64,000 bases of DNA from Macrostomum lignano (lineage: Eukaryota), in the NCBI GenBank assembly GCA_002269645.1, contig NIVC01000861.1, positions 62,001-126,000 on the forward strand. The letters run 5' to 3'. Of the stretch, positions 50,600 through 60,894 are shown piece by piece; the first letter of the stretch is position 1, and each line of letters opens with the position of its first letter. The position numbers and the translations under genes were made by a program. The notes under the pieces are model-generated. The model was given only the letters and a program-made list of their open reading frames with translations. It was not told where the DNA came from and made no database searches.

Positions 50600-53500
50600 T
50601 GTTGGTTTTCTTAGAAATTATTTCTAGTCCTTTAATTATTTTGAGTATCAGCTTTTTTAGCATATGTCAACAGACATTTTTACTCTCATTATATTTCGTG
50701 GCTCTTTCCATACAGTACAAGCTATGCTCACAAACTGAATGTCCATAGACATTTGCAGCTCAGCAGCCATGAATGGCTTGTAAATAAAGTGCATTTGTTA
50801 ACTAAATAAAAGTTCATCACAATGCTAACACTCTTTCCCATTAGTTTACAGTTAGGTAGGCACACCTAGCTTGTGATAATTCAGTCGCACTAGTACTCGT
50901 CGATGGCGCTGACTCCTGCGAAGACTAGATCCTTGTTCAGCAGATTCTTCCATCTCCGTCTCCACCAGGTCATCGGAACTGGAGATCTTTGGTTTTGTTT
51001 GTTCACGATAGTAGCGTCTGCACCTTCTGTCCTCCAGCTCAACGTCAACCACAACATTTCCCTCCGTAGCGACTACTTCACCAGGCTTCCATTTAGTCAT
51101 CTTGTTCTTACCCAGACTGGCTCACGTGCCAGAGAGAATGCTGGAGTGCAGAGCAGATATCCTCTCATCAGCTCAGAGGACGATTTCCCAGTTTTTGAGT
51201 GTTTTGAATTCCTGTATTGCAGTAGAAGCCAGTCAATGCAGCTCTGAAGGTCGCCTTCCCCTGCAGCTCTGATGTGATTTTTTAGGTCTCTCACAAAGCG
51301 CTCGGCCAATCCATTTGACCTTGGATGATAAGGTGGTGTAAGAACATGTCGGCAGTTGATTCCTCTTAGCCAACCTTCCATTTCTTTCGATACGAATTGA
51401 GGTCCATTGTCCGAAACAATAATCACAGGCACGCCTTCTTGAGCGAACGTTCTTCGCAATCGCTTGATGGTCTCAGATGAAGAGGTTCCTTTAGTCACGT
51501 GAACTCAGCCCATTTGCTGAACGCACCAATTAGTACTAACAGGTAGTTTCCTCCCTTCATAGGTCCTGCGTAGTCCATGGGAACTCTCGACCAGCACTGA
51601 GTCTCGTCCGGCCAAGAAGTCCATTGTCGAGTTATTCCGTGATACTTGTTCATCTGACATGAACTGCATCCTTTTGAGTACTTTTCGATGTCTCGATCTA
51701 CATCGGGCCACCAGACACATTGTCTAGCTATAGATGTCATCTTTTAGGTCCGATATGCCCTTCGTGCAGCAATCGCAGAGTTTCGGAAGGCTCCAGCTTT
51801 GGAATAACCAGCCGAATACCTCTGTACAGTAATCCATTCTCAATGACAAACTCGTCCCTGAATCGACTAAAGTGCTGTAGTTCTTGAAATCCTTCTGTCT
51901 TCCAACCATACTTGACTTGAGCGAACAGCTTCCGAAGTTCTGAGTCCTCTTTCGATTTCCTTCTCAAGCTCTCCTTGTTTATAGGAACGTCCAGTAAACA
52001 GTCCTGCACTGAGCTAATATCAAACTGTTTACCTTCAGATGTGTTGTTGCTTAGTCTTGACAGTGCGTCGGCTACAGGAATCTCGGAGGATCTTTTGCAC
52101 CCAACAACATATTCGTAACTCATCAGAGTGATTGCCCAGCGTTGCACCCGGGCTGCAGCTACAGTTGACAGAGATCTCCCCGGATCGAAGATGAACTTCA
52201 GTGGCTGATGGTCTGTTCGGATGATGAACTTCTGGCCTAGCAAATACTTGTGTAAGCGCTTCACAGCCCATACGATAGCAAGAGCCTCGCGCTCGATTTG
52301 AGCATAGTTACGCTCCGCTTGAGCAAAATTACTGGTCCAGTTGATTGCTCTAGAACTGCACCAAGTCCAGAGGGTGATGCATCAGTTGTGAGAATGATCT
52401 TGTCGGCTGGATTAAAAGGTTGAAGAGCGACTGCGTTGTACAGCTGATCTTTTATGCTCTTGAACGCTCTCTGCTCTACTGAGCCCCAGGTCCATTTTGT
52501 CCCTGTCCTGGTCAGTCTCGTTAGAGGTTCCTTCAAACTCGCGAGATTCTTGATGCACCGTCCATAAAAATCGACCATTCCAATGAAAGACTGCAACTGT
52601 TAAGGATTTTTTGGCTCCTCTATTCCTGCAATTTCCTTGGCTTTCTTCGGTGGTGGGCGAATGCCACTTTCACTGATTTCGTATCCCAGGAACATGATTG
52701 ATGGCTTGTCAAAGTTGCACTTATCCTTGTTAATGCTCAGTCCATTATCTTTTATGATTTGAAGAACTTTGGACAGCCTTTTGTCATGACTGTTTGTCAA
52801 AGCCCCACACTAGAATGTCGTCCTAGTACGAAATTACGCCTTCTGCATTTAGTAGCAGTTGGGTCCATGAATGACTGGAAAATTGCCGGTGCTTGCTTGA
52901 CTCCGTATGCCAATGCAGTGGGCCTGCACAGGCCGAACGGAGTGCTCCACGTCAGCATCGCGCTACTGTCTTCGTCCACCGGTACTTGGAGGTAGGCATT
53001 TGATAGGTCCAATGTAGAGAATCGACGGGCACAACCCAGTTTCGATAGCACTTCGTCAATCGTAGGCGTTGTAGACACCATGTCTTTCAACAGTGGGTTG
53101 AGGGCAACCTTGTAGTCACCATAAATCCGAACCTTTCCAGACTGTTTCCGAACACAGACGATAGGTGTGGCTCACTCGCTAGATTCCACCTTCTGGAGCT
53201 GCCCAGCCTCTTCCATTCTCTTTAACTCGGCTTTGACATCGTCCTGAATCCCATATGGACTGGTTTAAAAAAGATGGGCTTTGTTCCCGATTCAATAGCC
53301 AATGACGCAGAAAATTTTCTCACTGAGCAAGCTGCTGCCGAGTTAGAACTGTCTTCTTCCAGCACCGTGCATTTTGTGATAGAAGTGTAGAGATCTGGCT
53401 TAAGGACAGCAATCCCAGTCTAGGCCATAGATAGATCTGCATCCGGGTTGTCCACCACAAATAGCGTTAGGTCAAAACTCACAGAGTTCAGCTTAGCGTT

Positions 53501-54837
53501 CACAGTAGCTTCACCATTTACTCACACAGGGTCTCCTTGGTACGCAGCGAATCGTCTAGTTGTGGGCCTCACCTCTGCTGGTTTAGATAGGCTCTGAAAC
53601 ACCGTGCTTGACACAAACGTTGAGCACGACCCGGTATCCAGTATCATCTTGATTTTTGTCCCATTGACTTCTAAATATCGAGTTATCCTGCCGCTTACAC
53701 GATCTTCTTGCGTCATCATCGAGAATATATGCCCCACTTGGTCAGCTGCTTCGTCGATAGCTCTTACGCTACCTCTTGGATTCGATCCACTTCCCTTTGA
53801 CCATTTGCTGCTCGGTACAGGCCGTTGTCCACCTTTGCTCGGTCCACTTCTGCAAACTGACTTCAGATGACCAACTTTACCACACTGTAGACATGTTTTA
53901 GTCCTGTGGTTACACTGGTCCTTTGAGTGCCCCTCCTTCCCGCAGCAAAAGCACTTGACAGGACGCAACGGGCCGTTTTTTGGTCGCATTTTTGGTACGA
54001 TGGCTTCTGGGCTTTTGATGTTGAATGGGGGGCTGGCTTGACGTGCAGAATTTCTCCTCCTGAGATCTGTCTCTCGCCGCGACTAACTGCCTCACATGCG
54101 CTGGCCACCGTAGTCACTTTTTCCCACGTCAGATCCTGTAGTTTCTCCCTGAGCAACTTTCTGACGATTTCCTTATTCCACAGGCCGAAGATAAATTGGT
54201 CACATAGGCGGTCATTAAGTTCGGCACTTGTGAAACCGCAGTTCTCCGCACCTAACCGCAGCCTTCTCTCGTAGGCAGAAATGTCTTCGCCGTCGTCCTG
54301 CTTGAGGTGATGGAACGTGTAACGGTATGCGATCTCGGATTTTGCCGCTTTCGTCTCCTTGATCAGCAGGGTTTTCAGATCTCCAGATCAGATCTCAGAT
54401 CTTTCAGATTGTTTTCTGGCTTCTCCGGTAGGAGTGCGTCCGCCAGCAGTCCGAAGGCCTTCTTGCCGAGGTGTGCGATAAGGGCAAAGTTCTGAGTCGT
54501 GTCATCCCACTTGCTCAGTTTGGAAACTGCTTTGAAACCAGCGTTCGATTTCCGCTGGGGCTTCTGTCTCCAGTGGTTCGATAAGACCAGCCGTCGTCGC
54601 CAGTGTTGGTTTTCTTAGAAATGATTTCCAGTCCTTTAATTATTTTGAGTATCAGTTTTTTTAGCTCATGTCAACAGACAATTTTATTCTTTCATTATAT
54701 TTCGTGGCTCTTTCCGTACAGTACAAGCTATGCTTACGAACTGAATGTCCATAAGACATTTGCAGTTCAGCAGCCATGAACGGCTTGTAAATAAAGTGCA
54801 TTTGTTAACTAAATAAGAGTTCATCACAATGCTAACA
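50600..54837 (-). mobile_element. Ty3/Gypsy LTR retrotransposon, structurally complete but decayed
   Basis: LTRs 54604-54837 and 50600-50830 (TG...CA, roughly 7% diverged by eye). PBS TGGCGACGACGG next to the 5' LTR; PPT TGGGAAAGAG. Order gag (two CCHC), protease ILDTGS, RT (LDLSNAYLQ; YxDD is Y*DD at 52828-17), RNase H (TDAS, TDHQPL), integrase (HHCC, SDNGPQF, SNGLAERFV). Several frameshifts. No TSD seen. Confidence 0.95.
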
Positions 54838-54930
54838 ATAATGCAGCGGCCAAATGGGGAAGAAATTACCATAGAAATTTATGAAAAAGTCCCGATGCAT
54901 AATGCTAAATTGACTGTTTGCTCATCTGCA

Positions 54931-55002
54931 GGCCAAGTGGTCTAGGGGTATGATTCTCGCTTCGGGTGCGAGAGGTCCCGGGTTCGAATCCCGGCTTGGC
55001 CC
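54931..55002 (+). tRNA. tRNA-Pro(CGG)
   Basis: Cloverleaf with acceptor stem GGCCAAG/CTTGGCC; D, anticodon and T arms match eukaryotic tRNA-Pro (CTCGC-TTCGGGT-GCGAG; GGTTCGAATCC). T-run terminator at 55008-55013. Confidence 0.95.
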
Positions 55003-55206
55003 CTCACTTTTTTATCTGTTACGATTAACTACCAAATTCCAAGGGAAACATTAAATTCCTCTCATAATTTTTAACTACTTCTACTCGAATTTTAAGCAAA
55101 ATTCACATCACCTTGTAATAAATAAATTTTCCAGATATGTATCGAAATAATTAAAGCTAAGCCAAAATTTACGTTAATTGTCATTGCATGCCATTGAAGC
55201 CAAACA

Positions 55207-55545
55207 ATGACCGCCGCAAAGAAAGCAAGCAAAAAGCAGCAGGAGAATATCAACTCTCGCCTGGCGCTTGTTATGAAGTCCGGCAAAGTTGTTCTGGGAC
55301 TGCGTCAGACTCTAAAAAGTTTGCGCCAAGGCAAGGCCAAGTTGGTCATATTGGCTAGCAACACGCCCGCGCTGCGCAAATCAACAATTGAATATTATTC
55401 GATGCTGTCTAAATCGGGCGTTCACCATTATGGCGGCAACAATATTGAATTGGGCACCGCTTGCGGCCGGCACTTCAAGATCTGTTCAATGGCAGTTCTC
55501 GATGCTGGCGACTCCGACATTGTTCGGGAAACGGCTAAGGCTTAA
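55207..55545 (+). CDS. RPL30: 60S ribosomal protein L30 (eL30), intronless, somewhat divergent
   Basis: [62 protein letters not shown]. Confidence 0.95.
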   Translation: MTAAKKASKKQQENINSRLALVMKSGKVVLGLRQTLKSLRQGKAKLVILASNTPALRKSTIEYYSMLSKSGVHHYGGNNIELGTACGRHFKICSMAVLDAGDSDIVRETAKA

Positions 55546-55801
55546 AGCAATTAAGAGTTAGCTGCTTCTCTCTTAAAAACAATTGGCCCCCTACTTGCTT
55601 TGTGTCAATTCTTCATAAAAGCGAAATAAAAAACTTTAGAGCTTGGAGACTTGGAGAAAAGTTTGTATTGTCGTGTATTGTATTTATTTTTTCCGATAGA
55701 AAATAGTGCAAACGCACTTTAGCTACTTTAAGTAGAATATCAAAAGTTAAAATTTGAAAATTACCGTATAATTTTACTTTCAGTAGTGCGAAACACTCGT
55801 C

Positions 55802-56992
55802 ATGCTTGTACTCGTAATTGGAGATTTCCATGTGCCTTATCGAGCGTCCAGCATACCCGCGAAATTCCGGCGCCTGCTAGTGCCTGGCAAAATTCAGCAC
55901 GTGCTTTGCACCGGCAATTTGATTGGCCGGGATTCTTTAGACTATTTAAAAAGTCTCACCTCCGATGTCCACGTTGTTCGAGGCGAGTTCGACGACGCTT
56001 CGTGGCCTGAGACTAAGGTGCGTTGACTGAGAGAAGTGAGATTCACTGTGGGTATCTGTACTGTAGGCATGGTGTGATTGGACAAACAAAGTGAGGTGGG
56101 TGCACAGGGAGTGATTTGGGTGCACAAGGAGTGAGTTGGGTGCACAGGAAGTGAGGTAGGTGCACAAGGAGTGAGGTGGGTGCACAGGGAGTGAGGTGGG
56201 TGCACAGGGAGTGAGATGGGTGCACAGGAAGTGAGGTGGGTGCACAAGGAGTGAGGTGGGTGCACAAGGAGTGAGGTGGATGCACAGGGAGTGAGGTGGA
56301 TGCACAGGGAGTGAGGTGGGTGCACAAGTAGTGAGGTGGATGCACAGGGAGTGAGGTGGGTGCACAAGGAGTGAGGTGGGTGCATAAGGAGTGAGGTGTG
56401 TGTATAAGGAGTGATGTGGGTGCATAGGGAGTCAAGCTGGTGCACAGGGAGAGAGGTTGGTGCACAGGGAGTGATGTTGGTGCACAGGGAGTGAGGTTAG
56501 TGCACAGCGAGTGAGGTTGGTGCACAGGGAGTGAGGTTGGTGCACAGGGAGTGAGGTTGGTGCACAGGGAGTGATGTTGGTGCACAGGGAGTGGGGTGGG
56601 ATGCCTTGAAGCGCCCTAATAAAGTATTCCTCCTGTAGGTGGTCACTGTAGGCCAGTTACGGATCGGTTTGACCCACGGCCACCAGCTGCTGCCCTGGGG
56701 CGATCCGGCCTCTTTATCCGAGCTTCGCCGTCGCCTCGGCGTCGACCTGTTAATCAGCGGTCACACGCGTCGATTCGAAGCGTTTGAACGGGACGGCGGA
56801 TTTTTCTTGAATCCCGGCTCGGCCACGGGTGCCTTCAGTCCAGCTGAGGCTGGCGAGACGCCGGTGCCTTCGTTCGCCCTGCTAGACGTGCAGGCATCCA
56901 GCGTTGTGTGCTACATCTATCGGTTCATTGACGGCGACGTGGCTGTTGAACGAGTCGAATTTAAAATTCCGCGAGCCAATTCGCGGGGCTAG
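55802..56992 (+). CDS. VPS29: Retromer subunit VPS29, 189 aa; exons 55802-56017, 56639-56992
   Basis: [76 protein letters not shown]. Phase-0 GT-AG intron. Confidence 0.95.
56085..56595. repeat. 20-bp minisatellite (GTGCACAGGGAGTGAGGTGG), VPS29 intron
   Basis: Direct reading. Confidence 0.95.
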
Positions 56993-57139
56993 CAACTTGA
57001 AATAATATGCTTAACTAGTTTCTTCTGACAGTTGGGCAAGAATAAAAATGAAAACTTGCTATTAAGTTGATTTATTACCTATTTCAAACCGTTTTTTAAC
57101 CATTACTTAAGACGCACAATTCTCTTTATTGATAATCGC

Positions 57140-58275
57140 CCATTAACTACCCTGAGATTCGCCTAACAACTACCCTAAAAATTGCTCATTAGCTACCCTG
57201 AGAATCGCTCATTAGCTACCGTGAGAATTGCTCATTAGCTACCGTGAGAATTGCTCATTAGCTACCCTGAGAATTGCTCATTAGCTACCCTGAGAATTGC
57301 TCATTAGCTACCCTGAGAATTGCTCATTAGCTACCCTGAGAATTGCTCATTAGCTACCTTGAGAATCGCCCATTAGCTACCTTGAGAATTGCCAATTAGT
57401 CACCTTGAGAATCGCTCATTAGCTACCTTGAGAATCGCCCATTAGCTACCCTGAGAATTGCTCATTAGCTACCTTGAGAATCGCCCATTAGCTACCTTGA
57501 GAATTGCCAATTAGTCACCTTGAGAATCGCTCATTAGCTACCTTGAGAATCGCCCATTAGCTACCCTGAGAATTGCTCATTAGCTACCTTGAGAATCGCC
57601 CATTAGCTACCTTGAGAATTGCCAATTAGTCACCTTGAGAATCGCTCATTAGCTACCTTGAGAATCGCTCATTAGCTACCTTGAGAATCGCTCATTAGCT
57701 ACCTTGAGAATCGCTCATTAGCTACCTTGAGAATCGCTCATTAGCTACCTTGAGAATCGCCCATTAGCTACCCTGAGAATTGCTCATTAGCTACCTTGAG
57801 AATCGCCCATTAGCTACCTTGAGAATTGCCAATTAGTCACCTTGAGAATCGCTCATTAGCTACCCTGAGAATTGCTCATTAGCTACCGTGAGAATTGCTC
57901 ATTAGCTACCTTGAGAATCGCCCATTAGGTCATTAGCTCACTTGAGAATTGCCAATTAGCCACCTTGAGAATCGCTCATTAGCCACCGTGAGAATTGCTC
58001 ATTAGCTACCCTGAGAATTGCTCATTAGCTACCGTGAGAATTGCTCATTAGCTACCTTGAGAATCGCCCATTAGCTACCCTGAGAATTGCTCATTAGCTA
58101 CCTTGAGAATTGCTCATTAGCCACCTTGAGAGTCGCCCATTAGCCGCCTTGAGAATCGCCCATTAGCTACCTTGAGAATTGCCTATTAGCCACCTTGAGA
58201 ATCGCCCATTAGCTACCTTGAGAATCGCTCATTAGCTACCCTGAGAATTGCTCATTAGCCACCTTGAGAATCGCC
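57140..58275. repeat. 23-bp minisatellite (CTCATTAGCTACCTTGAGAATYG) downstream of VPS29
   Basis: Direct reading; includes recurring 3-4-unit higher-order blocks. Confidence 0.95.
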
Positions 58276-58719
58276 TGTTACGATCGTAGTGTCACCCAGA
58301 TTTTCACCCAAAATGTTTGTATTATCAGTCTATAAGTTTTTTTCAATTGAATTGAGTCTAAATAATTACACAATAATTACATGCGCCTGATTGCCACATT
58401 CCTTTATAAATTTAGTTTGTATCGATAGGATAGATGTTTAACTATTATTTGCCAGATTTTACGGTATGAAGATCTTGATTTGTGTGCTTTTTTAATTGAA
58501 ATTGTGAAAATAAAAAGCATGTAATGATCGCCTGGTTGTTTTTGACTCAGTATTTTTTAAAATAATTCTATTTTATTTTAAGCTATCAAAACTTTTCCTG
58601 AGAATTTCTTACTTTTTAATTTTATTTCTGTCTTTTACAATTAAAGAATCAAACCAATTACTCAATTTACTCAATTATCTGAGTCATCCTTTGGGATGAA
58701 AAAAATATCGGTCGGGCAA

Positions 58720-58749
58720 ATAGACACACAGACAGACAGACAGATAAAC

Positions 58750-58800
<51 letters not shown>

Positions 58801-58805
58801 TAAAC

Positions 58806-58872
<67 letters not shown>

Positions 58873-58905
58873 TAAACAGATAGATAGACAGACAGACAGT
58901 CAGTC

Positions 58906-58948
<43 letters not shown>

Positions 58949-59300
58949 TAAACAGACAGATAAACAGATAGATGGATAGATAGAAAGATAGATAGATAAA
59001 GACAGACAGACAGGCAGGCAGACAGACGACACACAGACAGACAGAAAGACACACAGACAGACAGACAGACAGACAGACACACAGACAGACACAAAGACAG
59101 AAAGACAGACAGACAGACAGACAGACACACAGACAGACACAAAGACAGAAAGACACACAGACAGACACACAGACAGACACAAAGACAGAAAGACACACAG
59201 ACAGACACACAGACAGACACAAAGACAGAAAGACAGACAGACAGACAGACAGACACACAGACAGACACAAAGACAGAAAGACACACAGACAGACACACAT
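58720..59300. repeat. (GACA)n/(GATA)n microsatellite
   Basis: Direct reading. Confidence 0.97.
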
Positions 59301-59754
59301 GCACCAGGGCAAGACTAAGAATCCAGCTCTTTGAGCTTAACAGGTGGAGCAGTACTGGAAGTAATTTTCATGCTACACCAAATTTGCACGTTACGAACCA
59401 ACTCTTGATGTCTTCTAATGCCAGCAGGTCTTCAGTGAATAATTGTAATTTTTTGAGTATTTGCGCGAACCCGCCTTCCTCCCACTGTTGACTGCAGCTG
59501 CAGGGTAACTTCTTCGGTAAAATTGCAGCTAATGCATGCTAGATAGACAACCATCCGTTGCTGCTTTTAGCTTGAAGCACGAAATAGCACTGATCAAACA
59601 CAGATCACAGAAGTGTAGCAGAGGAGTGCCATTGACATCCAGAATCGTAATTAATCGACCAAGATAAATATGCTTGAACTGTCATGGACTTCTAGAGTCA
59701 GCTGTCTAGCTTGGTAATTAGTTATGACTGCATTCGTTCAGTGAGTAGTAGGCG

Positions 59755-60755
59755 CCGCCTCTATAGCTGGCGCCCCCTGTAGCTGGCGCCCTCCTGTAGC
59801 TGGCGCCCCCTCTGTAGTTGGCGCCCCCTCTGTAGTTGACGCCCCCTCTGTAGCTGGCGCGCACTCTGTAGCTGGCGCCCCTCTGTAGCTGGCGCGCACT
59901 CTGTAGCTGGCGCGCCCTCTGTAGTTGGCGCCCCCTCTGTAGCTGGCGCGCCCTCTGTAGTTGGCGCCCCTCTGTAGCTTGCGCGCACTCTGTAGCTGGC
60001 GCCCCCTCTGTAGCTGGCGCCCCCTCTGTAGCTGGCGCCCCCTCTGTAGTTGGCCCCCCCTTCTGTAGTTGGCGCCCCCTCTGTAGCTGGCGCCCCCTCT
60101 GTAGCTGGCGCCCCCTCTGTAGCTGGCGATCCCTCTGTAGCTGGCGCCCCCTCTGTAGTTGACGCCCCCTCTGTAGTTGACGCCCCCTCTGTAGCTGGCG
60201 CGCACTCTGTAGCTGGCGCCCCTCTGTAGCTGGCGCGCACTCTGTAGCTGGCGCCCCTCTGTAGCTGGCGCGCACTCTGTAGCTGGCGCGCCCTCTGTAG
60301 TTGGCGCCCCCTCTGTAGCTGGCGCACCCTCTGTAGTTGGCGCCCCTCTGTAGCTTGCGCGCACTCTGTAGCTGGCGCCCCCTCTGTAGCTGGCGCCCCC
60401 TCTGTAGCTGGCGCCCCTCTGTAGTTGGCGCCCCCTCTGTAGTTGGCGCCCCCTCTGTAGCTGGCGCCCCCTCTGTAGCTGGCGCCCCCTCTGTAGCTGG
60501 CGCCCCCTCTGTAGTTGACGCCCCCTCTGTAGTTGACGCCCCCTCTGTAGCTGGCGCGCACTCTGTAGCTGGCGCCCCTCTGTAGCTGGCGCGCACTCTG
60601 TAGCTGGCGCCTCTCTGTAGCTGGCGCGCACTCTGTAGCTGGCGCGCCCTCTGTAGTTGGCGCCCCCTCTGTAGCTGGCGCGCCCTCTGTAGTTGGCGCC
60701 CCCTCTGTAGCTGGCGCCCCCTCTGTAGCTGGCGCGCCCTCTGTAGCTGGCGTCC
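59755..60755. repeat. 17-18-bp GC-rich minisatellite (GGCGCCCCCTCTGTAGCT)
   Basis: Direct reading; 6-aa periodicity in ORFs. Confidence 0.95.
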
Positions 60756-60894
60756 CATGTGTTAGAATCAGATGTCCATGGCCTGAAAATGATTGCAGTT
60801 GCTATATATATGCGGCCTTATCCAGCTGTCTTCTCATGCAACACTCACTGCATGCATGGGGTCCTCAGCTCAGTTTATTGTAGTCAAGCGTCTA

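Noticed and set aside
55165-55190. ATTGCATG upstream of RPL30 resembling a spliced-leader 3' end
   Set aside because: Only about 8 nt match, with no following GT donor or Sm site; compatible with chance.
59718-60758. RGG-like or mucin-like repeat proteins of 266-346 aa
   Set aside because: Unit length varies between 17 and 18 nt, so no frame is conserved; minisatellite.
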